Assembly: GCA_965208125.1 (NCBI GenBank)
Contig: OZ242320.1
Location: 3,520,001 to 3,584,000 of the forward strand
From: Candidatus Latescibacterota bacterium
GTDB taxonomy: Bacteria > Latescibacterota > UBA2968
Direction of reading: 5' to 3'
Length of the DNA stretch: 64,000 nt
A program made the position numbers and the translations under genes. Positions 41,431-50,447 of the stretch are shown here, piece after piece (the first letter of the stretch is position 1; every line of letters starts with the position of its first letter). The notes beneath the pieces are model-generated. The model was not told where the DNA came from and made no database searches. It saw only the letters and a program-made list of their open reading frames with translations.

Positions 41431-42798
41431 ATGATCAATGAACTCCAACCCTACCCTTCCTACAAATCTTCTGAAGTCGAGTGGCTTGGCGATGTGCCTG
41501 CCCATTGGGAAGTCAAGAGATTGAAGACAATAGGGCGTATCCGTTATGGGTTGGGTCAGCCACCTCGTGAATTAGCCGACGGGCTACCTTTGATACGTGC
41601 CACAAATGTGGATCATGGTCGCATAACTGACAAGAATTTGTTGTACATTGATCCATCAGATGTGCCGAACGGCCGCGATGCCATTCTAAGGGAGAAGGAG
41701 ATTATAGTCGTACGAAGTGGAGCCTACACGGGTGACTCGGCTATCGTTCCAAAAGCCTACGATGGAGCGATCACAGGTTACGATATGGTCGTAAGCGTGA
41801 CGGGGGCGCAACCTGAATTTGTCGCTATGGCGTTGTTATGCAAATACGTACGGGACGACCAATTGATTGCCGCAAGCACTCGATCTGCTCAGCCACACCT
41901 AAATGCTGAAGAATTGGGAACAGCAATATTGTTGGTTCCACCCCTCTCCGAACAAACTGCCATCGTCGCGTATCTTGACCAGGCCGACGAGCGCATCCGC
42001 TGCTACGTCAGCAGCAGGGAGTGGCTTATCGAACTGTTGGAGGAATATCGGCAGGGGGTCATCCACCACGCAGTCACGCGCGGCCTTGATCCTGATGTGC
42101 GCCTCAAGCCCTCCGGTGTCGAATGGCTTGGCGATGTGCCAGCGCATTGGGGCGTTGCTGCGGTCAAGAGACATTATTCCATTCAGTTAGGCAAGATGTT
42201 GCAGAATGGCCCAAACGTTCCAACAGACATTGCAGTGCCTTATCTGAAGGCGCAACATGTTCAGTGGTTTTCTGTTCGCACAACTGATGCGCCGACAATG
42301 TGGGCGAGTCCCCATGAAATTGAACAGTTTGGTATCCGAGCAGGCGATCTCCTTGTCTGTGAAGGCGGTGAAGGTGGACGATGCAGCCTCGTTGAAGAAG
42401 TGCCGCCCGGCTATATCATTCAAAACGCTCTTCACCGTGTAAGGTCATTCGGAACGAATAGGAATGATTATTTACAGTACGTGATGAGTTCTATTTCAAA
42501 AACAGGTTGGTTTGACGCAATCAACAACAAGGCAACAATAGCCCATTTTACAGCGGAAAAGTTCGGTTCATTGATGATACCCATCCCACCCCTCCCCGAA
42601 CAAACTGCCATCGTTCTCTATCTCGACAAGGCGACAGCTGACATTGACGCTGCCATTGATCGTGCGCGGCGAGAAATTGAGTTGTTGGGCGAATACCGCA
42701 CTCGCTTGATTGCCGATTTGGTTACAGGTAAAGTAGATGTGCGTGAAGCAGCGGCCGATCTGCCCGATGATGGGGATGTATCAGCGCTTGATTTTTGA
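41431..42798 (+). CDS. hsdS: Type I R-M specificity subunit
   Basis: Two TRDs with repeated VEWLGDVPAHW and PPLxEQTAIVxYLD; C-terminal YRTRLIADLVTGKVDVR. Confidence 0.93.
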   Translation: MINELQPYPSYKSSEVEWLGDVPAHWEVKRLKTIGRIRYGLGQPPRELADGLPLIRATNVDHGRITDKNLLYIDPSDVPNGRDAILREKEIIVVRSGAYTGDSAIVPKAYDGAITGYDMVVSVTGAQPEFVAMALLCKYVRDDQLIAASTRSAQPHLNAEELGTAILLVPPLSEQTAIVAYLDQADERIRCYVSSREWLIELLEEYRQGVIHHAVTRGLDPDVRLKPSGVEWLGDVPAHWGVAAVKRHYSIQLGKMLQNGPNVPTDIAVPYLKAQHVQWFSVRTTDAPTMWASPHEIEQFGIRAGDLLVCEGGEGGRCSLVEEVPPGYIIQNALHRVRSFGTNRNDYLQYVMSSISKTGWFDAINNKATIAHFTAEKFGSLMIPIPPLPEQTAIVLYLDKATADIDAAIDRARREIELLGEYRTRLIADLVTGKVDVREAAADLPDDGDVSALDF

Positions 42799-42877
42799 CG
42801 AAATTGAGCGCGTTTAACGCCTGTTGCACAGTGTCCCGATATTGGATATATACTCACCGAAACGGAGTATGCTAAAC

Positions 42878-44374
42878 ATGACCAACAACCGAGACCATGA
42901 TTATCTCCTTGGCTTGGTACGAGAATTGTGCAACCTGCCGCATGAGACCGATTGGGTTGAGTTCAAAGTCAACTATCGTAAGCCACACACCATCGGGGAG
43001 TACATCTCTGCGCTTGCTAATGCAGCGGCTCTCCATGGCAAAGCCCACGCGTACATGCTTTGGGGAGTAGAGAACGGAACGCATGTCGTTGCTGGCACAA
43101 AATTTTCGCCAGCGACCGCGAAAAAGGGCAACGAGCCGCTTGAGACCTGGCTGTTGCGACTTCTAACTCCCCGCATCGACTTTCGTTTTCACGAAGTTAT
43201 GGTTGATGAACTTCGCGTCGTTCTCTTAGAGATTGAACGTGCGTCACGGCATCCGGTCGCGTTCAATGGCATCGAGTACATCCGAGTGGGTAGTACTAAG
43301 AGAAAGCTCAAAGACTATCCCGAAAAGGAACGGACACTTTGGCGTGTGTTTGATCGGGTGAGCTTTGAAGAAGGCATCGCCAACGAACGCCTGAGCAGCG
43401 AGGACATTTTGCTCCTGCTTGACTATCCAAAATACTTCGATCTGCTCAATGTACCACTGCCCGATGGTCGCGTAGCCATCCTTGACGCACTCCGGCGAGA
43501 CCGACTGATTGCGCCCTGCGAGGCAGGCAGCTTTAATATCACAAATCTGGGGGCGATTCTCTTTGCGAAAAATCTTGGCGACTTTCCACGGCTGAAGCGC
43601 AAGGCCATTCGGATTATCCAGTACGTCGGTACGGGACGCATTGAGACCCTGAGAGAATACGAAGACACAAAAGGCTATGCCGCTGGTTTTGATGAACTGA
43701 TCGGTTATATTGACGCGCAACTGCCAGCAAATGAAGTCATCGGACAAGCACGACGCGAGACAGTACGGGCATTTCCCGAGTTAGCTGTACGCGAATTAGT
43801 GGCAAACATGCTCATCCATCAGGACTTTTTCGTAACGGGGGCAGGGCCTATGGTGGAGATATTTGAAGGCCGCATCGAGATTACGAATCCCGGCGAGCCG
43901 CTGGTGGATACTCAGCGTTTCCTCGATAGCCCTCCGACATCTCGCAATGAAGTACTCGCCTCGCTCATGCGTCGCTTTCAGATTTGTGAGGAGCGCGGCA
44001 GTGGGATTGACAAAGTCGCGATAGAGGTTGAGCGTTATCAGTTACCTGCCCCGCTTTTTGAAGTGCCAAAAGGTTTCACGCGCACTACCCTGTTTGCCCA
44101 TAAGTCTTTGGCCGATATGAGTAAGGCAGAGCGGATGCGAGCATGCTACCTGCATGCCTGTTTACAATACGTGACCCGTCAGCGAATGACCAATGCGTCA
44201 CTACGCGAACGATTCGGGATTGCCGAAAAAAACGCTTCGATGGCTTCACGATTCCTCAATGAAACTATGGAAGCAAACCTTATCGTTGTGGCAGATCCCG
44301 ACGCTGGCCCGCGAAATCGCCACTACCTGCCCTTCTGGACGGCCCTTGAACCGAATGCAGGAGAAATGGTTTGA
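42878..44374 (+). CDS. Schlafen/AlbA_2 + HATPase_c_4 + wHTH protein (copy 1)
   Basis: ETDWVEFK, ISALAN, LWGVEN; RELVANMLIHQDF, SRNEVLA, EERGSGID; C-terminal TNASLRERFG HTH. Confidence 0.8.
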   Translation: MTNNRDHDYLLGLVRELCNLPHETDWVEFKVNYRKPHTIGEYISALANAAALHGKAHAYMLWGVENGTHVVAGTKFSPATAKKGNEPLETWLLRLLTPRIDFRFHEVMVDELRVVLLEIERASRHPVAFNGIEYIRVGSTKRKLKDYPEKERTLWRVFDRVSFEEGIANERLSSEDILLLLDYPKYFDLLNVPLPDGRVAILDALRRDRLIAPCEAGSFNITNLGAILFAKNLGDFPRLKRKAIRIIQYVGTGRIETLREYEDTKGYAAGFDELIGYIDAQLPANEVIGQARRETVRAFPELAVRELVANMLIHQDFFVTGAGPMVEIFEGRIEITNPGEPLVDTQRFLDSPPTSRNEVLASLMRRFQICEERGSGIDKVAIEVERYQLPAPLFEVPKGFTRTTLFAHKSLADMSKAERMRACYLHACLQYVTRQRMTNASLRERFGIAEKNASMASRFLNETMEANLIVVADPDAGPRNRHYLPFWTALEPNAGEMV

Positions 44375-44530
44375 TGAATCCCCCAAAATGACCCAATGGA
44401 AGCATAACCAACCGATTTTTTTCTTGACTGAAAGACCTAAAATGACCCAATAGAAATATTTTAAAATCTCTAATTTATTTTTTTTCAAATACTTATGAGA
44501 AATTTTTTTCTTGACTGTTATTTGATTGGT
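44370..44530 (+). repeat. Repeat / IHF-like core module A
   Basis: TTTTTTTCTTGACTG x2 and AAAATGACCCAAT x2; 25-bp core TAATTTATTTTTTTTCAAATACTTA at 44471-44495. Confidence 0.7.
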
Positions 44531-44564
44531 CATAGAAATGAATCCGCGATGCAGTGAAGAGGTC

Positions 44565-44759
44565 GAGTCGTCATTTGGTCTGGAATTGCTCTCTACGGTG
44601 CATTGGATCGCCAGCGAGGAGAAGATATTGGATTTTGATGACATCGTGAATCATACTTACGCCTGGAGCGAGAGAAAGAAGCAGTTTTCACAGCGTCAGA
44701 TTAAGATTGCATTTGATGTTTTGTCGGAGAAGGGCTGGGTTGAGCATACCGTAAGATGA
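44565..44759 (+). pseudogene. C-terminal remnant of a DarG-type macrodomain antitoxin
   Basis: ESSFGLELLSTVHWIA...AWSERKKQFSQRQIKIAFDVLSEKGW resembles the DarG C-terminus; macrodomain and darT are absent. Confidence 0.65.
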
Positions 44760-44794
44760 AGAACTATTTGCTCTTTTGGATCTGAGTTGCCATT

Positions 44795-45017
44795 CGGTAA
44801 TTGACGCAAAGCGGGCCGATAAGTTGTAAATTTCACTTAACTTATTTATTTTATTAAAATTATGTTAATTGATGGTCATTTGCTTGATGGTTGTTTGACG
44901 GTTGTTTGATAGAAAACCCTAAAAATGACTCGACAGGGCAGGTTTAATTTTTTAACTTATTGTTATACAAACACTTACTATTTTACAATTTGTTTGATGG
45001 TTGTTTGATAGAAAACC
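44795..45017 (+). repeat. Repeat / IHF-like core modules B and C
   Basis: TAATTGA(C/T)G pair around a core at 44838-44862; 11-bp-phased TG(C/T)TTGA units at 44881, 44892, 44903 and 44991, 45002 around core TAACTTATTGTTATACAAACACTTA (44953-44977). Confidence 0.72.
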
Positions 45018-45114
45018 AAACGATGATCGATACTACCGGGCGCGGTTTGGAAGTTTGTATCGGCGATATGAGGATGTAGAGCAGCCTGATTTTGACGAAA
45101 GCGAGCACGTTAAC

Positions 45115-46818
45115 ATGAGTGAAAGCCAGGACATCGCTCTCATTGATGAGTTGCGCAGTCTGCGGACAGAGACCGAATGGTTGGAGTTCAAGCGCAATCG
45201 CTATGAACCCAGACAGATCGGGGAATACCTGTCCGCGCTTGCGAACTCGGCCTGCATCGCTGCTAAGCAGGCTGGCTATCTTGTCTTCGGTATTGACGAC
45301 GAGACACATGAGGTCGTCGGCACAAATTTTGATCCTTATAATACCAAAGCGAAGGGCAATCAAGACCTGTTGCCCTGGGTTGGGGCGGGGTTGCATCCGA
45401 ATGCAGGATTCGAGCCACGTATTGTCAATCATCCGGATGGTCGGGTCGTTGTCTTTGAGGTTGGCCCCGCGAGAGATCAACCGGTTAGCTTTTACGGAAA
45501 AGCTTATATCCGCGTAGGTTCCAGCAAGACCGAACTTAGCAAGTATCCCGAGAAGGCGCGCGTGATTTGGACGCACGGGAGCGACTGGTCCGCAGAGGTG
45601 TGTGAACAGGCGAGGCTTGATGATCTTGACCCTGACGCCCTGGTCAAGGCGCGCGAGCAGTTCGTCATCAAGCATCCGGCGCAGGCGGATGAGGTCAAAG
45701 AGTGGGACGATGCGACATTTCTCAATAAAGCCCGGATTCTAAAGCAGGGTGCTGTGACGAATACGGCACTGCTGTTGCTGGGAAGGCCGGAATCGTCGGC
45801 TCTACTCTCGCCGGTGGTGGCTAAAATTTCTTGGATACTCAAGGACGACCACAATCTCGAGTTGGATTACGAGCACATTGGACCGCCGTTCTTGCTTGCG
45901 GGAGACCGTCTTCTGAATCGCGTTCGCAACCTCACTGTGCGCGCCCTGCCGAGTGGGACACTGTTCCCTCAAGAAATTACTCAGTACGACCCGTGGGTAA
46001 TCCGCGAGGCCCTGCACAACAGCATCGCACATCAGGACTATCGTCTGCGTGGACGGATTGTTGTCGTCGAATTTCCTGACCGTATCTTGCTGACCAATGT
46101 TGGGGATTTTCTGCCCGGCGATGTCGAGACGGTCATCCAACAGGACGCTCCCCAGGCCATCTACCGCAATCCATTCTTAGCTGATGCCATGGTTGAATTG
46201 AATCTGATTGATACTCAGGGTGGCGGTATTAAGCGCATGTTCGATACACAGAGGAAGCGTTTCTTTGCACTCCCAGACTACGATTTGACCGAGATAAGTA
46301 GCGTGGCTGTGAGCATCCACGGTCGCATTCTTGATGAGCGCTATACTCGGCTCCTGATGGAACGAACTGACCTGAACCTCAGTCAGGTTATGCTACTTGA
46401 CCAGGTACAGAAGGGAATGCGTATCAGCCGGGAAGATCATCGCTATCTGAAGACCAGTGGCCTTGTTGAAGGCCGTTATCCTAACTTGATGGTCGCTGAA
46501 TCGATTGCTAAGGTGACGGGGGATACTGACCGCTACGTCCGCGAACGTGGGTTCGACAAGCAGTACTACCTGGATATAATTTTAACCTTGATCCGCGAAC
46601 ATGGCCCGGTCAGTCGCAAGGAGATCGATCAGGCCCTGACTTCGAAGCTACCTGATCGGCTGACAGAGGAGCAGAAACAGATCAGGGTCCGTAATCTTAT
46701 ACAGGAATTGCGTCTCTCCGATTTGATCGTCAACCAGGGGTCCCGTGTTCAACCCGCATGGGTGCTTACAGAAGCGCATCCGGAAAGAAAATTTAGTAAA
46801 GAAAATAAAGAAAACTAG
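45115..46818 (+). CDS. Schlafen/AlbA_2 + HATPase_c_4 + wHTH protein (copy 2)
   Basis: ETEWLEFK, LSALANS, LVFGIDD; REALHNSIAHQDY, YRNPFLA, DTQGGGIK; C-terminal VSRKEID HTH. Confidence 0.8.
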   Translation: MSESQDIALIDELRSLRTETEWLEFKRNRYEPRQIGEYLSALANSACIAAKQAGYLVFGIDDETHEVVGTNFDPYNTKAKGNQDLLPWVGAGLHPNAGFEPRIVNHPDGRVVVFEVGPARDQPVSFYGKAYIRVGSSKTELSKYPEKARVIWTHGSDWSAEVCEQARLDDLDPDALVKAREQFVIKHPAQADEVKEWDDATFLNKARILKQGAVTNTALLLLGRPESSALLSPVVAKISWILKDDHNLELDYEHIGPPFLLAGDRLLNRVRNLTVRALPSGTLFPQEITQYDPWVIREALHNSIAHQDYRLRGRIVVVEFPDRILLTNVGDFLPGDVETVIQQDAPQAIYRNPFLADAMVELNLIDTQGGGIKRMFDTQRKRFFALPDYDLTEISSVAVSIHGRILDERYTRLLMERTDLNLSQVMLLDQVQKGMRISREDHRYLKTSGLVEGRYPNLMVAESIAKVTGDTDRYVRERGFDKQYYLDIILTLIREHGPVSRKEIDQALTSKLPDRLTEEQKQIRVRNLIQELRLSDLIVNQGSRVQPAWVLTEAHPERKFSKENKEN

Positions 46819-46942
46819 TCTAAAAAAGAGTAGCGGCATAAAAGGAATATATATAAGTATTTGTTTTTATAAGGTTTGTTCTTTACTAAAATTTGGAATA
46901 TTTTTGGAATTTAGTAAAGATTTAGTAAAGAATTTAGTAAAG
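46792..46942 (+). repeat. TTTAGTAAAG repeat module D around an IHF-like core
   Basis: Direct copies at 46792, 46910, 46921, 46933; inverted copy at 46881; core TAAGTATTTGTTTTTATAAGG at 46854. Confidence 0.78.
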
Positions 46943-47076
46943 CCGCGTTATTTTTCAAGCTCTTAATCGACTGCGGTCCTGAATCTTTCACAGTAGTTGA
47001 CTGGTACTTGACTGAAACGCATTTGGAATGATATTTTTCCATACTTGGAAAGCAACCCGGAGCGAGAGAGCAAGGT

Positions 47077-50000
47077 ATGAAGAGTCGGGATACTGAACCA
47101 ACGCAATCTCAGAAAGAAGAACTGGACGCGCTTGCGGCTTTGCCCGATGACGAGATAGATACTTCTAATATTCCCGAGATTATCGAGGGATCAAATTCTG
47201 TGCGCGGGCTGTTCCATAAGTCCGCCAGTGAGCGGAGTAAGGCGATGGGTGAACTCAGAGGCAGACGCCCGTCGGTTACCGATACTTCTGAACGCGGGTT
47301 GGAAGATCGCATTTGCGAGATGTTGGCTGGTAGGGGGGGTAAATCGGATACGGGTGATGTAGGGGAGCGTCCGGCTGCATATAGCGCGGGTTGGCGTTAT
47401 GGGGAGCGCGAGGATTACGACCGCGAGTATTGCGTGGATCTGGCGCAGTTGACGGCTTTTCTGGTGGCGACGCAGCCGGGGGTTGCTGAGGCGCTGTCTT
47501 TGGAGAGCGATAATCCGACGCGACGCCGGTTTCTCGCCCGGTTGAAGAGCGCAGTTGGCAGGCGCGGTATTGTCGATGCGCTTCGCAATGGTGTTAAGCA
47601 CGGGCCGCACGATATTGCGCTTTTTTACGGTGCGCCATCGCCGGGCAACCAACGGGCGGTGAAGCTTTATGAGCAGAATCGCTTTTCGGTTACGCGCCAG
47701 TTGTCGTATAGCAATGCCAATAAGCGGCTCGCGCTTGATCTCGGGCTGTTTATCAATGGTCTGCCTGTGGCGACTTTTGAGTTGAAGAATAGTCTTACGA
47801 AGCAGACGGTGGCAGATGCGGTTGAGCAATACAAACGCGATCGGAATCCGAGGGAGGAACTTTTTCGCATTGGTCGTTGTCTGGCTCATTTCGCGGTGGA
47901 TGAACACGAGGTGATGTTTTGTACGCATCTCAAGGGTAAGTCGTCGTGGTTCCTGCCTTTTAATAAGGGTTGGGATGATGGTGCTGGCAATCCGACCAAT
48001 CCCAATGGGCTTAAGACCGATTATTTGTGGCAGGAGGTTTTGACCCGGCAGAGTTTGACGGATATTATTGAGCATTATGCTCTGTTGGTGGAGTCTGCTG
48101 ACGCACAGACCGGGCGCAGGTCTCGGACGCAAATCTGGCCGCGCTATCACCAGTTGGATGTGGTGCGGAAGTTACTGGCTGATGCTGTGGAGAAGGGGGC
48201 GGGGCAGCGCTATCTCATTCAGCATTCGGCGGGTAGTGGAAAGTCCAATTCTATCGCGTGGTTGGCGCACCGTCTCATTGGGGTGGAAAAGGGCGGTGAG
48301 ACGGTTTTTGATTCTATTATTGTTGTGACTGATCGGATTATTCTGGATAGGCAGATCAATGATACCATCCGGCAGTTTGCGCAAGTGGGTGCGACTGTTG
48401 GGCACGCTGACCGATCTGGCGATTTGCGCCGCTTTATTGTTGAGGGAAAGAAAATCATTATCTCGACTGTGCAGAAGTTTCCGTTTATCCTGGACGAGAT
48501 TGGCACAGATCATCGGGGAAGCCGCTTTGCTATCATTATTGATGAGGCGCATTCCAGCCAGGGTGGGCGTACGTCTTCGGCGATGGCGCAGGCTCTGGGC
48601 GACCATGAGGATGGGGATGATGAAGATACTTTTGAAGATAAAATTAACCGGATTATTGAGCAGAAGCGTCTGTTGACCAATGCCAGCTATTTTGCTTTTA
48701 CTGCCACGCCGAAGAATAAAACGCTGGAGTTATTTGGCACGCCAGTGCCGCAGCCCGATGGCACGACAAAGCATCGGTCCTTCCACGGATATGCGATGAA
48801 ACAGGCGATTGAGGAGGGGTTTATTCTGGATGTGCTGGGTAATTATACGCCGGTAACGAGTTATTATCACCTCGCCAAGACGATAGAAGATGATCCGGAG
48901 TTTGATACAATAAAGGCGAGGAAGAAGCTCATCCGCTATGTGGAAACGCACAGCCATGCGATTCGCCTCAAAGCCGAGATTATGGTTGATCATTTCCACG
49001 AGCAGGTGCTGGCACCGCGCAAAATTGGGGGACAGGCACGGGCGATGGTTGTAACGGGTGGTATTCAGATGGCGATTGAATACTATCACGCTATCCGCAA
49101 TTACCTGAATGAGCGCAATAGCACGCACAAAGCTATTGTCGCTTTTTCTGGCGAGGTAGATTACGGTGGTGAGAGGGTGAGTGAATCGTCGTTGAACGGT
49201 TTTCCATCATCGCAAATTGCCAGCAAGATTCAGGAAGATCCCTATCGGTTGCTGGTCTGTGCGGATAAGTTCCAGACGGGCTATGATGAGCCTTTGTTGC
49301 ATGTGATGTACGTGGATAAGGTGCTTTCTGGCATTAAGGCCGTGCAAACGCTCTCTCGTCTCAACCGCGCCCATCCGGATAAGCGCGATACGTTTGTGCT
49401 GGATTTCTACAATGACGCTGATATGATAAAGGATGCTTTTGCTGATTACTACCGCACGACTATTTTGGCGGATGAAACCGATCCCAACAAGTTGCACGAT
49501 CTCAAGGCTGAACTGGATGGGCGGCAGGTTTATTCCGATGAGCAGGTCCGCAATGTGGTGGCGTCGTATTTGAAGGGCGATGACCGCAGTGCTCTTGATC
49601 CCATTCTGGATGCGTGTGTGGCGATCTATCGCAGTGAACTGGATGAGGATGGGCAGGTTGAATTTAAGGGCAATGCCAAAGCCTTTGTGCGCGCATACAA
49701 CTTCTTGTCTCAGGTGCTTCCCTATGCAAATGTGGAATGGGAACAGCTTTCCATTTTTCTGAATTTTCTCGTTCCCAAGCTGCCGACGCCCGCTACTGAA
49801 GATTTGTCGCTGGGTATTGAGGGTGCTATTGATATGGATAGCTATCGCGCCGAGAAACAGGCGACGATGCAAATTCTGCTATCCGATGAGGATGCCGAGA
49901 TCGAGCCGGTGCCCACGGGTGGCGGCGGTCATAAGCCAGAGCCGGAAATGGATCGGCTTTCCAATATTCTCCGGTCCTTCAATGATCTTTTTGGCGATAT

Positions 50001-50256
50001 TCCGTGGACCAATGAAGATCGCATTCGCAGGATGATTACCGAGGATGTTCCGAAGATGGTTGATGCGGATAGTGCCTATCGCAATGCGCGGGAACATTCA
50101 GATGAGCAGAATACGCGCATTGAACACGATAAGGCGTTGGAGAAAGCGATTATGGCTCTGCTCTCGGATGATACTGAACTTTACAAGCAGTATTCACAGA
50201 ATGAGGCGTTTAAGCGTTGGTTGGAAAATAGCGTGTTTGAACTGACCAATCGCTAA
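47077..50256 (+). CDS. hsdR: Type I R-M restriction subunit with a BrnA-like N-terminal extension
   Basis: DLGLFINGLPVATFELKN, QHSAGSGKS, DEAH, FTATP, KFQTGYD, QTLSRLNR. Confidence 0.95.
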   Translation: MKSRDTEPTQSQKEELDALAALPDDEIDTSNIPEIIEGSNSVRGLFHKSASERSKAMGELRGRRPSVTDTSERGLEDRICEMLAGRGGKSDTGDVGERPAAYSAGWRYGEREDYDREYCVDLAQLTAFLVATQPGVAEALSLESDNPTRRRFLARLKSAVGRRGIVDALRNGVKHGPHDIALFYGAPSPGNQRAVKLYEQNRFSVTRQLSYSNANKRLALDLGLFINGLPVATFELKNSLTKQTVADAVEQYKRDRNPREELFRIGRCLAHFAVDEHEVMFCTHLKGKSSWFLPFNKGWDDGAGNPTNPNGLKTDYLWQEVLTRQSLTDIIEHYALLVESADAQTGRRSRTQIWPRYHQLDVVRKLLADAVEKGAGQRYLIQHSAGSGKSNSIAWLAHRLIGVEKGGETVFDSIIVVTDRIILDRQINDTIRQFAQVGATVGHADRSGDLRRFIVEGKKIIISTVQKFPFILDEIGTDHRGSRFAIIIDEAHSSQGGRTSSAMAQALGDHEDGDDEDTFEDKINRIIEQKRLLTNASYFAFTATPKNKTLELFGTPVPQPDGTTKHRSFHGYAMKQAIEEGFILDVLGNYTPVTSYYHLAKTIEDDPEFDTIKARKKLIRYVETHSHAIRLKAEIMVDHFHEQVLAPRKIGGQARAMVVTGGIQMAIEYYHAIRNYLNERNSTHKAIVAFSGEVDYGGERVSESSLNGFPSSQIASKIQEDPYRLLVCADKFQTGYDEPLLHVMYVDKVLSGIKAVQTLSRLNRAHPDKRDTFVLDFYNDADMIKDAFADYYRTTILADETDPNKLHDLKAELDGRQVYSDEQVRNVVASYLKGDDRSALDPILDACVAIYRSELDEDGQVEFKGNAKAFVRAYNFLSQVLPYANVEWEQLSIFLNFLVPKLPTPATEDLSLGIEGAIDMDSYRAEKQATMQILLSDEDAEIEPVPTGGGGHKPEPEMDRLSNILRSFNDLFGDIPWTNEDRIRRMITEDVPKMVDADSAYRNAREHSDEQNTRIEHDKALEKAIMALLSDDTELYKQYSQNEAFKRWLENSVFELTNR
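50226..50256 (+). repeat. 31-bp direct repeat copy 1 (hsdR 3' end)
   Basis: AAATAGCGTGTTTGAACTGACCAATCGCTAA, identical to 52352-52382. Confidence 0.9.
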
Positions 50257-50278
50257 GGCAGAATACTTAGCGTAGCAG

Positions 50279-50316
50279 AAACAGCCCGTCCAAAGAGTTG
50301 GATGGGCTGTTTTTTT
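50279..50316 (+). terminator. Terminator after hsdR
   Basis: AAACAGCCCGTCCAA-AGAG-TTGGATGGGCTGTTTTTTT. Confidence 0.8.
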
Positions 50317-50326
50317 ATTTGCAGTC

Positions 50327-50355
50327 TTGAATATGTGGATAAAGTTGGCTATACT
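50327..50355 (+). promoter_or_regulatory. Sigma70 promoter (copy 2 of the duplicated promoter)
   Basis: TTGAAT-17 bp-TATACT. Confidence 0.7.
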
Positions 50356-50447
50356 AAATGCGGTATTGAACAGGCGTTCTTCGGGTGTCTTGTATGGACG
50401 AGGGAAGCAAAGGGTTATTAGAGCCAGATTATTTCAGGTAATTTTCC

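Noticed and set aside
41470-42620. Phase-variable hsdS shufflon
   Set aside because: The repeats are the normal direct conserved regions of a single hsdS; there are no inverted silent TRDs and no recombinase.
44843-44870. dif/pdif site (TTATGTTAATT resembles the XerD arm)
   Set aside because: There is no XerC-like arm at the 6-bp spacing. Similar half-matches near 2539 and 30435 also lack the partner arm.
44370-45017. CRISPR array or leader suggested by AT-rich IHF-like DNA with repeats
   Set aside because: Repeats are about 10-20 bp and irregularly spaced, with no repeat-spacer periodicity.
45001-45114. N-terminal extension of Schlafen copy 2
   Set aside because: It starts at a TTG inside the repeat module, and homology to copy 1 begins at about 45115. 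It is more likely non-coding or a remnant of another gene.
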